Assembly (NCBI GenBank): GCA_963514005.1
Contig: OY740809.1
Coordinates: forward strand, 31,930,001 to 31,994,000
DNA from: Raja brachyura
Taxonomy: Eukaryota
Reading direction: 5' to 3'
Length of the DNA stretch: 64,000 nucleotides
Position numbers and translations under genes: made by a program
Shown here: positions 1 to 11,672 of the stretch, piece by piece
Position numbering within the stretch: the stretch's first letter is position 1
Layout: every line of letters starts with the position of its first letter
Notes under the pieces: generated by a model
What the model was told of the DNA's origin: nothing
Database searches by the model: none
What the model saw: only the letters and a program-made list of their open reading frames with translations

Positions 1-22
1 TTGCCCACTCACCCAGCCTATC

Positions 23-1640
23 GTTGGAAGTACTGACACTTTTGAAAAATATAAAAGTGGATAAGTCTCCAGGTCCTGACAGGATATTCCCTAGGACATT
101 GAGGGAAGTTAGTGTAGAAATAGCCGGGGCTATGACAGAAATATTTCAAATGTCATTAGAAACGGGAATAGTCCCCGAGGATTGGCGTAATGCGCATGTT
201 GTTCCATTGTTTAAAAAGGGTTCTAAAAGTAAGCCTAGCAATTATAGACCGGTTAGTTTGACTTCAGTGGTGGGCAAATTAATGGAAAAGATAGTTAGAG
301 ATAATATATATAAGTATCTGGATAAAGAGGGTCTAATTAGGAACAGTCAACATGGATTTATGCTTGGAAGGTCATGTTTGACTAATCTTCTTGAATTTTT
401 TGAAGAGGTTACTAGGGAAATTGATGAGGGTAAAGCAGTGGATGTTGTCTATATGGACTTCAGTAAGGCCTTTGACAAGGTTCCTCATGGAAGGTTGGTT
501 AAGAAGGTTCAACTGTTGGGTATAAATGCAGGAATAGCAAGATGGATTCAACAGTGGCTGAATGGGAGTAGCCAGAGGGTAATGGTGGATGGCTGTTTGT
601 CGGGTTGGAGGCAGGTGACTAGTGGGGTGCCTCAGGGATCTGTGTTGGGTCCTTTGTTGTTTGTCATGTACATCAATGATCTGGATGAAGGGGTGGTAAA
701 TTGGATTAGTAAGTATGCAGATGATACCAAGATAGGGGGCGTTGTGGATAATGAAGAGGATTTCCAAAGTCTACAGAATGATTTAGGCCAGTTGGAAAAA
801 TGGGCTGAAAGATGGCAGATGGAGTTTAATGCTGATAAATGCGAGGTGCTACACCTTGGCAGGGCAAATCAAAATAGGACGTACATTGTAAACGGTAGGG
901 AATTGAAGAATACAGTTGAACAGAGGGATCTGGGAATAACCGTGCATAGTTTCTTGAAGGTGGAATCTCATATAGATAGGGTGGTAAAGAAAGCTTTTGG
1001 TATGCTAGCCTTTATAAATCAGAGCATTGAGTATAGAAGCTGGGATGTAATGTTAAAATTGTACAAGGCATTGGTGAGACCAAATCTGGAGTATGGTGTA
1101 CAATTTTGGTCGCCCAATTATAGGAAGGATGTCAACAAAATAGAGAGGGTACAGAGGCGATTTACTAGAATGTTGCCAGGGTTTCAACAGCTAAGTTACA
1201 GAGATAGGTTGAATAAGTTAGGTCTTTATTCTCTGGAGCGCAGAAGGTTAAGGGGGGACTTGATAGAGGTCTTTAAAATGATGAGAGGGATAGACAGAGT
1301 TGATGTGGACAAGCTTTTCCCTTTGAGAATAGGGAAAATTCAAACAAGAGGACATGACTTTAGAATTAAGGGACAGAGGTTTAGGGGTAACACGAGGGGG
1401 GAACTTCTTTACTCAGAGAGTGGTAGCGGTGTGGAATGAGCTTCCAGTGGAAGTGGTGGCGGCAGGTTCGTTGGTATCATTTAAAAATAAATTGGATAGG
1501 CATATGGATGAGAAGGGTATGGAGGGTTATGGTATGAGTGCAGGCAGGTGGGACTAAGGGAAAAAAGTTGTTCGGCACGGACTTGAAGGGCCGAGATGGC
1601 CTGTTTCCGTGCTGTAATTGTTATATGGTTATATGGTTAT
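23..1640 (+). mobile_element. 5'-truncated CR1/HER1-clade LINE, young, with near-intact RT ORF (24-1439), a frameshift near 1400 and a (TTATATGG)n tail
   Basis: ORF has CR1 RT motifs (KSPGPD, NYRPVSLTSV, DFSKAFDKV, GVPQGSVLGP, YADD). The C-terminus continues in ORF 1354-1557 (NFFTQRVVAVWNELP). Tail repeat at ~1620-1640. Confidence 0.95.
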
Positions 1641-2002
1641 CCAAGTCACCTTGCAGTCTCCTAGCATCCTCCTCACAGCTAACACTGCCCCCCAGCTTAG
1701 TGTCATCCGCAAACTTGGAAAAGTATTTCTTGCTATCTACTCTAACTATACCCCTAATAATTTGTATACCTGAAACATGTCATATTAGAATGGGGTTAGG
1801 AGGGAGAGATAGATCAGCCATGATTGAATGGTGTAGACTTGCTGGGCCGAATGGCCTAATTCTACTCTTATCACGATCTCCTTCGTTCCATGGAAATTAT
1901 TTCAGATTACCAGATCTGCTTTGGTTTCCTTTTGAATAGTTATCCTGCAGATTATCAGAGGAAAAGAGTTGAGATAAAATGTGCAGCAGACAGTTCTTGT
2001 AC

Positions 2003-2103
2003 CTCTTTCCCAATTACTTTAACCCAGACCCTCTCTCCAACATCCACAATCTCAGATGGATTATCCACCCGTCCTGCTGACATTTGTGACTTGTGGACAA
2101 GAC
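2003..2103 (-). CDS. ZCCHC17: ZCCHC17 coding exon 3 (S1 RNA-binding domain: GLVHKSQMSAGRVDNPSEIVDVGERVWVKVIGKE); gene continues off the left edge
   Basis: tttacag acceptor, GAG/gtac donor, 101 nt; close match to recalled vertebrate ZCCHC17 GLVHRTHMSSCRVDKPSEIVDVGDKVWVKLIGRE. Confidence 0.93.
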
Positions 2104-2398
2104 CTGTAAAAGAAAATAAGGATTGAGTACATTGAATGTAATTGTAATCCCCACAACCTCTGACCCATGTCCTGCCCTGTTTCGACAAAGCACACCGCTC
2201 CTTTTCTAGTTCAGAGTTATGTAGTTTGGTTAGCCATCTTAAAATTGGATATTTAAAACATTTCACATTACTGCTATTACTTCATTTAAAAATTAATGTT
2301 GCATTAAAAATTAAAGATTATATTCATTCAGAGTGGCAAAGATTTGTGTATCATTACAAGCATGCTGCCAATATACAAAACAGTAATAGATACTACAC

Positions 2399-2456
2399 CT
2401 TGCCGTTTGCAACCAGGAATCTTAATAAATGCTCCATATTCTGTTACGGATGCAAC
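2399..2456 (-). CDS. ZCCHC17: ZCCHC17 coding exon 2 (VASVTEYGAFIKIPGCKRQG)
   Basis: tttag acceptor, AAG/gtgt donor, 58 nt, phase 0 to 1 compatible with neighbours; matches VAMVTDYGAFIKIPGCRKQG. Confidence 0.92.
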
Positions 2457-2540
2457 CTAAACAAAAGTTGACATTTTTATTTTAAACAGTTAATAGCAAT
2501 TGAATAAAATGTGTGTATGTTTGAAGCAATTACAATGTAC

Positions 2541-2582
2541 CTCGCCCTCGGAGATAGTGTATATTTCAGGTATGTCTTCCAT
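2541..2582 (-). CDS. ZCCHC17: ZCCHC17 first coding exon (MEDIPEIYTISEGE); exon acceptor at ~2603 with a TAGCAG tandem acceptor
   Basis: AAGATGG start context, GAG/gtac donor; resembles MENLPALYTIFQGE. Confidence 0.88.
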
Positions 2583-4371
2583 CTTTATGCAATAGGTCGT
2601 CTGCTAAAAAAGAGATCTTGCAGAATTCTTCAGAAGGTAGCTATGATATACATATATGCCAGAAATACTTTTTCCTTTCATTTTTCTCTCCCCAAGAGGA
2701 TCTAGATGAAGGAAAACATATGCAAGTAATACAAATATTTGCTCTCAGAATGTGATAAGATGTTAATAAAGTCACTTTCATCCACTTATGAGGAGGGAAT
2801 GTTTTTTTCATTCCAGCCTTGTAATTTCTCTCACTAGAAAATCAAATGATCCCAAAACTGATATCAATACTCCCATAACAGAAACATTCTCACTATAATC
2901 AGGCAGCCCGTATGCAGTAATTACTGTAACATGCCAGTGATTATTTGCTTTGCCAACATTTTACAAAACAAAACCTATTTTCTGGAATGAACATTCCATT
3001 TCTCTCTTCACGCCCTTGTGGAATATTAAACCTCCTCATGAATTTGCCAGGCAGCCTTAAATGTAAATAAAATTTGTGGGATTTAAATCTTTATATGCAT
3101 TCTTAATCAAAGCCTCTGACTGAAAACTAAATTTAGACTTTCCTTTTTGGGCATAGAATTATTTGAGGTTCCCAAAACCCACACCAATTAAATATTTATT
3201 AGACAAATAAACATGGTCTACAATCATATGTCACATTTACTTTTATGTTTCCATATTTCTCATAACATTAGAGGTCATTCAAATCTATGCCAGATCTTAC
3301 TGTAAACCCATTTTTGTGAGGAGAATTTGGCATCTTCTGATTCAGATATGATGAGAGTGCTCACCACAATAACACCTAAATCATTACACAGTTCTCACGC
3401 AGTCCAATGTTCTTATTTTTCATATTCATGTTTGTTCATCCAACTGGACATTAGATTTGTGTATATTTAAGGCTGCAGTTACATTACCGGTCACATTGCT
3501 AACACAACATTGTTGCAGATATATCTCATATCCTAATTGCTCAGTATCTCCTTCAAGAAGCCATCTCATTGCCCAACAATAGCTATTTAACCCATAAAAT
3601 CTACTTAATTCATAAAATTTGCAAGTATATGTGTTGTATTCATTGTACGTGCATATCACAATGCTGGGTACAATGAGTTAGGTTATATCAACGTTTTTCT
3701 CCAAATGTTCCCAACACTAAGTATTTTAACACAAGATTAGCCCCACAATGTGCAATGATGGGAGAGTCCCAAATTGTGCTTTTTCAGCATGGAGCCTTTG
3801 CATCAGCTGTACCCTGTATCTATGGGTATCAATGAGCTCAGCTCATAGTCCTGCATGTTGGATGTGTCAGTTAACAACATTTGACAGGGCAGAGCTCCTA
3901 GCACTGAGAGCAAATTAGTTATAGGCAACCAAAATGAGCTCATCACCAAGTTGGCAATATTCCTGACCCGAATCATTGTCTATCCATCAAGTGTCTTTTT
4001 TTTTGTAAGCCAGCATCTGCATTCCTTGTTCCTGCAGATATATTGCCTGGCCCGCTGACCCGCATTACTAGGGGAACTCAGAGTATCTGTGGATGGAAAT
4101 AGATTGGTTGACGTTTCAGGTCAAGACCCTGCTTCATCTCTTTACCCTCCTCAGATGCGGCTCGACCTGCTGGGTCCCTCCAGCAGATTGTTGCTCCAGG
4201 TTCCAACCTCTGCCGTTTCATGTGTCACCAAAGTACGACAATAACTCCTCACAGACGTCAATCACTAAAATATAAGCTGCATCTTATAAGACCATAGAGG
4301 CTGGGATCTAGCGCAACATTCTGCTGGAGACACGGGGAGTTGGAAGTATTTGTGGAGGTTAAATGGATGAA

Positions 4372-4502
4372 GGGGATGGGAGATTGCAACCTTCACCTGT
4401 TTTGACAAATGCAATCAACCTGGCGTGCACAATCAAGTAAGATCAAAAATAACAAGTTGTCCTACAACTTTGGGCTGTGCACGCCATACGCAAGAAGAAG
4501 AA
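4372..4502 (+). mobile_element. 3' end of a LINE-derived repeat with (AAG)n tail (Vingi/RTE-like, tentative); inverted copy at 6010-6140
   Basis: Ends in ccatacgcaagaagaag; reverse-complement similarity to 6010-6140. Confidence 0.5.
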
Positions 4503-4642
4503 AGGATGAAGCAGGGTGTCGACCTGAAATGGTAACCAATCTTATTTCCATCCACAGATACCCTATTGAGTAATGTGAGGCCACACACAAACTGGAGGAT
4601 CAACACCTCATATTTCGCTTGGGCAGCTTAGAACCCAGCAGC

Positions 4643-5335
4643 ATTCCAAGTCCGACAGAGGTTCACATGCACCTCCTCCAACCTCATCTACTGCATCCGT
4701 TGCTCCAGATGCCAGCTGATCTACATCGGTGAGACCAAGCGGAGGCTGGGCGATCGTTTTGCCGAACACCTCCGCTCGGTCCGCAATAACCAACCCGACC
4801 TCCCGGTGGCTCAGCACTTCAACTCCCCCTCCCATTCCGTATCCGACCTCTCGGTCCTGGGCCTCCTCCACAGCCAGAGTGAGCAACACCGCAAGTTGGA
4901 GGAACAGCACCTCATATTCCGCTTGGGGAGTCTGCATCCTCTGGGCTTAAACATTGAATTTTCTCAATTCTGTTAACCCAGACTGCCCCCACCCCTCCCC
5001 ACCTCTCCCTCAGCCCTCGGGCCCTGACATTCCTTCTCCATCTCCCCCCCCTCCCCAGTCGCACTAGCTTCTCATTTTCACACCACAAACAGCTTACAAT
5101 GGCCTGTTTCCCTTATCATCAATACTTTTTTGCATATCTTTCATTCATTGTTCTTTATCTCTCCACATCACCGTCTATATCTCTCGTTTCCCTGATCCCT
5201 GACCAGTCTGAAGAAGGGTCTCGACCCGAAACGTCGCCTATCTCCTTCGCCCCTTAGATGCTGCTGCACCCGCTGAGTTTCTCCAGCTTTTTGTGCAACC
5301 CTCGATTCTCCAGCATCTGCAGTTCCTTCTTTAAC
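4643..5335 (+). mobile_element. Penelope-like element 3' fragment (GIY-YIG endonuclease end, 3' region, hammerhead-like motif at 5204-5238)
   Basis: Encodes FTCTSSNLIYCIRCSRCQLIYIGETKRRLGDRFAEH; nearly identical to 27440-28120. Confidence 0.9.
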
Positions 5336-5559
5336 ACAGCGTGAATATTGATGTATCTAACTTTAAGTAACCCTTGTATTCCCTCTCTCTCCATCCACAT
5401 TCCAGCCTCTGCAGTCTCTTGTGTCACCAAAGCACAACAATAGCTCCTCACGGATACCAATCAGTAAAATATAAACTGCAGCACAACATCCAGCTACAAC
5501 TACAAAGCAGCAACTTCAGAAAACGAGACTAATTGAGAAGAGACAGACAGAATTCACCC

Positions 5560-5825
5560 AGCGACGGCCATCTTACCTCCGCTCCAACCACAGCCAATGG
5601 GGAAGTGTCTTACTCAACGATGCCGCTGCAAATGACGTCACCGCCGGCCAATCAGCGCGCAGATGTGAGAGCCCGACCCCCACAAGGACCGTGATTGACA
5701 GGGGAGCGGACCAATCAGACCGAGGTGGGCGGCGGGGGCCAATGCGGAGGCGCGTTGTCGGGAGGTGGAGGACGGGCCCTTGACGACGGGCTGTCGGTCG
5801 GAGCGGCGGAGACAAGGAGAAGAGG
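5560..5825. promoter_or_regulatory. Bidirectional CpG-rich ZCCHC17/SNRNP40 promoter, including the probable non-coding first exon of ZCCHC17 (donor GAG/gtaag at 5576)
   Basis: CCAAT at 5594, 5648, 5711 and 5739; CRE TGACGTCA 5633-5640; GC box GGGCGG 5727-5732; YY1-like GCCATCTT ~5567-5574; no TATA box; head-to-head genes. Confidence 0.85.
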
Positions 5826-5939
5826 ATGATCGACCAGAAGCGCAAGGCGCAGGAGATGGCGCTGGTGCAGGCCAAGCGCCCCCGCAACGACCTGCTGCCC
5901 CCGGTGCAGGGGGGCCCACAGCAGGCCGTGCTGCAGGCG
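5826..5939 (+). CDS. SNRNP40: SNRNP40 exon 1 (MIDQKRKAQEMALVQAKRPRNDLLPPVQGGPQQAVLQA)
   Basis: ATG at 5826, GCG/gtgagt donor; resembles the N-terminus of U5 snRNP 40 kDa protein; phase 0 joins exon 2. Confidence 0.9.
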
Positions 5940-6266
5940 GTGAGTCAGTGAATGAGTGGGGGCGGCTCAGCTCAGCTCAGCTCGGGCCGGGCCGGGCCAC
6001 GGCCACGTTACTGCCTTCTCCTTGCGTGTGTCGTGCACAGCCTAAAGTTGTAAGACAACTTGTTCTGTTTGTGCACGCCAGGTTGATTGCATTCGTCGAA
6101 ACAGGGTGGACCTGGTGAAGGTTGCAATCTCCCCATCCCCACCGTACTGCCGCTCTCCGAAGACAGACACACAACAAATGCTGGAGTAAACTCAACGAGA
6201 CAGGCAGTGTCCCTCTTCACTCGAGTGCCTTCTTCAGGCTGCGTTCCTGAATTAGTTCGGAGACAG

Positions 6267-6366
6267 GGGGGTTACACAAAAAGCTGGAGAAACTCAGCGG
6301 GTGCAGCAGCATCTAAGGAGTGAAGGAGATAGGCGACGTTTCGGGTCGAGACCCTTCTTCAGACTC
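6267..6366 (-). mobile_element. ~100 nt Penelope-derived mini-insertion beginning at the hammerhead-like core
   Basis: 12 bp TSD gttcggagacag (6255-6266, 6367-6378); CTGAAGA-AGGGTCTCGACCC-GAAACGTC on - strand. Confidence 0.85.
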
Positions 6367-6629
6367 GTTCGGAGACAGTTTCGTTTAGTTTATTGTCACG
6401 TGTACAGTGAAAAGCTCTAGTTGCGTGCTAACCAGTCAGTGGAAAAACAATACACGATTACAGTCAGTATTATACTGTATACAGGTACACGATAAGGACA
6501 TGTATAGGAAGGAACTGCAGATGCTGGTTTACACCAAAGAAAGACACAAAAAGCCGGAGTAACTCAGCGGGACAGGCAGCATCGCTTAAGAGCATGAATA
6601 GGTGACGTTTCGGGTCGAGATCCTTCTTC

Positions 6630-7050
6630 GTGGGCTTGTACACTCTGGAGTTTAGAAGGATGAGAGGAGATCTCATTGAAACGTATAAGATTGTTAAGGG
6701 ATTGGACTTGCTAAAGGCAGGAAACATGTTCCTGATGTTGGGGGAGTCCAGAACCAGGGGCCACAGTTTGAGATTAAGGAGTAGGCCATTTAGAAGGGAG
6801 ATGAGGAGACACTTTTTCTCACAGAAAATGGTGAGTCTGTGGAATTCTCTGCCTTGCAGGGCGGTAGAGGCAGGTTCTCTGGATGCTTTCAAGAGAGAGC
6901 TAGATGGGGCCCTTAAAAATAGTGGAGTCAGGTGATATGGGGAGAAGGCAGGAATGGGGTACTGATGGGGATGATCAGCCATGATCACATTGAATGGTGG
7001 TGCTGGCTCGAAGGGCTGAATGGCCTACTCCTGCACCTATTGTCTATTTG
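6630..7050 (+). mobile_element. CR1/HER1 LINE 3' fragment
   Basis: ORF 6630-6935 LEFRRMRGDLIETYKI...RTRGHSL...WNSLP, followed by the HER1-type 3' UTR. Confidence 0.9.
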
Positions 7051-8448
7051 TAGAATAACGTCTAGTGTGAAATAAAACCAGTAATGTGCGTCAAAGATAG
7101 TCCCATGGTCTCCAATGAGGTGACAGTAGTTCAGGACTGCTCTTTAGTTGTGGTAGGATGGTTCCGTTGCCTGATCAGGGACCCCCCCCATGCCCTTTCC
7201 CCCTCTCTGTTTTTACTCACTGGCAGACTGGAAACCCTTGCGGTTATTGTCACCCCAGCATTACCCCTTGAACGGTCAGATTTGTCCGTCTCTCAGGTTA
7301 AGCAATATCCCATCTGTCGTTGATCTGAGTTAACACCTTGTGTAGGAAGGAACTGCAGGTGCTAATTTACATTGAAGATAGACACAAATGCTGGAGTAAC
7401 TCAGTGGGTCAGGCAGCATCTCTGGAGAAAAGGAATAAGTGATGCTTTGATTTGGGACCCTTCTTCAGACTGCAACATCTGTGACATCCTGTAACTGCAT
7501 CTTATAATATCTACCTTTACCTTTGGAGTCAAGAGTGTTTAATTCTAAGTCTGAAGAAGGATCTTGACCTGAAATTATCATATTGAAGGGTGGTGCTGTC
7601 TCAAACGGCCGAATAACCTACTCTTGCACCTATTTTACTACGTTTCTAGAGCTGCTGCCTGAGCCGCCGAGTTACTCCAGCACTTTGCGTCGTTGTATTT
7701 AATTGTCTTATGCACTGACAATGGAGCTATGAAATTCCTACTTGAAACAACATTACAGGCCTGTAACACCATAAACGTTATATAATAATATAAAATAATC
7801 AAGAATAAAATAAATAAATAACCGCCAGTGTAACAAACAATTTCCTGGAGGAACTTGCTCTACCCAATTGTCCTGTTCCCATCTCTTTTGCACCTTTCCT
7901 CCCTGTAGTGCAATCTGTCTGAAGAAGGGACTGACATGAAAAGTGGTCTTTCCATTCCCTCCACTGATGCTGCCTGACCTGCTGAGTTTCTCCATCACTT
8001 TGTGTTTTGCTCAAGATTCCAGTATCTGTAGGTGCCTAGTCATCATATTGCTGCTGGAGGATCTGGGCGAGTTAACGCAGCTCACATTGTAGCCGATGGG
8101 GTCAGCATTTTTTTCAGGCTGCTGTCACTAACTGGATGTGCTTGGTCACTGTGGGGCTCCCTTCCCTCTCACCTGCTGCTGCTTCCTCCTGTTGGCCCGC
8201 AATTTGTTTCTCATCCACATCCTCCTCCTTCTTCCCTACAGTCGCCAACATCTTCCAAGGTGCAGTATTTAGGCGACTCCAGGGAAGGAGGAGGAGGGGG
8301 TGAAAAGGCTGAGTGGACAGAGCAACGAGAGGAGGAGGTGGTGGTGGTGAAGTGGGAGTGGACGAAACGATGTCCAACAGGAAGTAGCAGCAGCTGGTGA
8401 GGTGGGAGGAAGCCCCACGGTGGCCAGGCACACCCTGTCAGTGGTAGT

Positions 8449-10735
8449 AAACATAGAAATTAGGTGCAGGAGTAGGCCATTCGGCCCATCGAGCCTGCAC
8501 CGCCATTCAATATGATCATGGCTGATCATCCAACTCAGTATCCCGTACCTGCCTTCTCTCCATACCCTCTGATCCCCTTAGCCACAAGGGCCACATCTAA
8601 CTCCCTCTTAAATATAGCCAATGAACTGGCCTCAACTACCCTCTGCGGAAGAGAGTTCCAGAGACTCACCACTCTCTGTGTGAAAAATGTCTTTCTCGTC
8701 CCTGTCTTAAAGGATTTCCGCCTTATCCTTAAGCTGTGACCACTTGTCCTGGACCTCCCCAACATCGGGAACAATCTTCCTGCATCTAGCCTGTCCAACT
8801 CCTTAAGAATTTTGTACGTTTCTATAAGATTCCCTCTCAATCTCCTAAATTCTAGAGAGTGTAAACCAAGTCTATCCAGTCTTTCTTCATAAGACAGTCC
8901 TAACATCCCAGGAATCAGTCTGGTGAACCTTCTCTGCACTCCCTCTATGGCAATAATGTTCTTTCTCAGATTTGGACCCCCTAAACTGTACGCAATACTC
9001 CAGGTGTGGTCTCACCAAGACCCTGTACAACTGAAGTAGAACCTCCCTGCTCCAATACTCAAATCCTTTTGCTATGAAAGCTAACACACCATTCGCTTTC
9101 TTCACTGCCTGCTGCACCTGCATGCCTACTTTCAATGACTGGTGTACCATGACACCCAGGTCTTGCTGCATCTCCCCTTTTCCTAATCGGCCACCATTTA
9201 GATAATAGTCTGCTTTCCTGTTTTTGCCACCAAAGTGGATAACCTCACATTTATCCACATTATACTGCATCTGCCAAACATTTGCCCACTCACCCAGCCT
9301 ATCCAAGTCACCTTGCAGTCTCCTAGCATCCTCATTGCTATCACTGCCCCGTGTCCTCCGCAAACTTGGAGATATTGCCTTCAATTCCCTCATCCAAAGT
9401 CAAGTCAAGTCAAACAAACTTTATTGTTATTTAAAAATACATCGATATATGCAGTTCCAAACGAAATTCCGTTGCATTTGGCTCCCTGTGCAACACGATA
9501 ATTAACAGAAGGATAAACATGGATAAAATGGATAAAAAGGATAAATAGACAATGGTGGCAGCCCATTACATGGCATTCAGGAGTCTGATGGCTTGTGGGA
9601 AGAAGCTGTTGCAGAACCTTAATGTTCTGCTCCTTATGCTACGATATCTTTTGCCCGAGGGCAACAGAGTGAACAGTCCGTAATGGAGATGTGTGGGGTC
9701 TTTTATAATACTGCTGGCCTTAGACACGCAACGTTTGGTCACAATATCCCCGATTGAGGGGAGAGAGGTCCCGATGATTTTTTCCGCTGTCCTCACCACT
9801 CTCTGCACGGACTTCCAGTCAGAGGCTTTACAGTCCCCAAACCAGACAGAGATACAGCTGGTCAAAATACTCTCTATGGTCCCCCTGTAGAAAGTGGTGA
9901 GGATGGGATGGGGGAAGGTGAGCTCTTCTCATCCGGCGCAGAAAGTGCAACCGCTGCTACGCTCTCTTAACTGTTGATGAGATGTTATTTGACCAGGTCA
10001 GACTGTTAGTGATCTGCACCCCCAGGAACTTAGTGCTACTGACCACCTCCACATCGCTGTCATTGATGTGAAGTGGTATGGGACTGTGCCGGTTTTTCCT
10101 GAAGTCGACTATGACCTCCTTTGTTTTTTCGACATTCAGGATCAGGTTGTTCGTATTGCACCAGTCCACCAGTTGTTTCACCTCCTCCCTGTAAGCCAGA
10201 TCATTAATATGTATTGTAAATAGCTGGGGTCCCAGCACTGAGCCTTGGGGTGCCCCACTAGTCACTGCCTGCCATTGTGAAAAGGACCCGTTTACTCCTA
10301 CTCTTTGCTTCCTGTTTGACAGCCAGTTCTCTATCCACATCAATACTGAACCCCCAATGCCGTATGTTTTAAGTTTGTATACTAATCTCTTGTGTGGGAC
10401 CTTGTCGAAAGCCTTCTGGAAGTCCAGATACACCACATCCACCGGTTCTCCCTTATCCACGCTACTAGTTACATCCTCGAAAAATTCCATAAGATTCGTC
10501 AGACATGATTTACCTTTCGTAAATCCATGCTGACTTTGTCCAATGATTTCACCACTTTCCAAATGTGCTGCTATCCCATCTTTAATAACTGACTCTAGCA
10601 GTTTCCCCACTACCGATGTTAGACTAACTGGTCTGTAATTCCCCGTTTTCTCTCTCCCTCCCTTCTTAAAAAGAGGGGTTACGTTTGCTACCCGCCAATC
10701 CTCAGGAACTATTCCAGAATCTAAAGAGTTTTGAA
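8449..10735 (-). mobile_element. CR1/HER1 LINE fragment (8449-9398 and 10196-10735) split by a Rex1-type insertion
   Basis: CR1 RT ORFs 8535-8939, 8887-9393 and 10196-10754; the peptide INDL/DEGIEGNISKF is contiguous across the insertion. Confidence 0.9.
9397..10195 (-). mobile_element. Rex1/Babar-clade LINE 3' fragment with (TTGAC)n tail
   Basis: AYREEVKQLVDWC, KTKEVIVDFRK, LPSGKRYRSIRSRT, NSFFPQAIRLLN motifs. Confidence 0.88.
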
Positions 10736-11672
10736 AGTAGTCTGAAGAATGCACAGTTCTCAGGCGCTACAATGTCAGTCGCAATAATAGCGGCGTCAAC
10801 CAATGTATGGTGAGTGAAGAAGGGCTCGCTGGTGCAGACCAGCGGTATCGGCTCCTAGTCCTCTGGTGAAATGACACAAAATGCTGGAGCAACTCAGCAG
10901 ACTGAATCAGTCTGAAGAAGAGTTCCGATGGCACCTATCCATGTTCTCCAGAGATGTGTCTGGCCTGCTGAGTTTACTCCAGAACTTTGTGTCCTTTTGT
11001 GTATTAACCATCATCTGCATTTCTTTGTTACAACTACATACAATGATTATATCTCACTTGGTTATAGCAGACTAGTGTATAAGGATACCCTCTAGGGTAC
11101 TTTATGAGGGTTTACTGTATAAAAAATATACTCCCTCCAAATGCCAGAAATTCAAATCAGTTTTTCCAGGCAGTATTTCTAACTGCTAAGAAGTTCAACT
11201 TCTCATGGCTCATGTGGCAAATAGTACACTAACTGTGCCTAAAAAAATGTATCCTGTAATGCTGAGATCAGCAGAAATTGCTAGAAGTGCATGCAACGTG
11301 AATCATGAACCAGAAATCCTATTTTAAACAGATCTTGTATAAATATAGCCAGTGTTGTTAAAAATAAACTTTTTCCTGCTTGTCTAAGTTATTGACATTG
11401 AATCCAGTGAAACTGACATTGTGAATTTTGTGGGTTTGGGATTCGGAAAGGTGTTTGGCAGACATGAACCAAAATTCCAAGATCTGTCAGTTTAATAAAC
11501 TTGTCGTATAAGGAGATTGAAGGTTTAAAATCTACGTGTCACTGGCAGATATCAGTGTAAGCCCCCTGGCCATGTACGGATGTAGTTCTCAGAACTGGAA
11601 AATTCTCAGCCCTTCAAACAAAAAGGTGGCACACCTGATCGAGCTGCTGCCTTGCCGCACCAAAGACCTGGG

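Noticed and set aside
5573-6118. Overlapping ORFs across the promoter
   Set aside because: CpG-island shadow ORFs; the real frame is SNRNP40 exon 1 (5826-5939).
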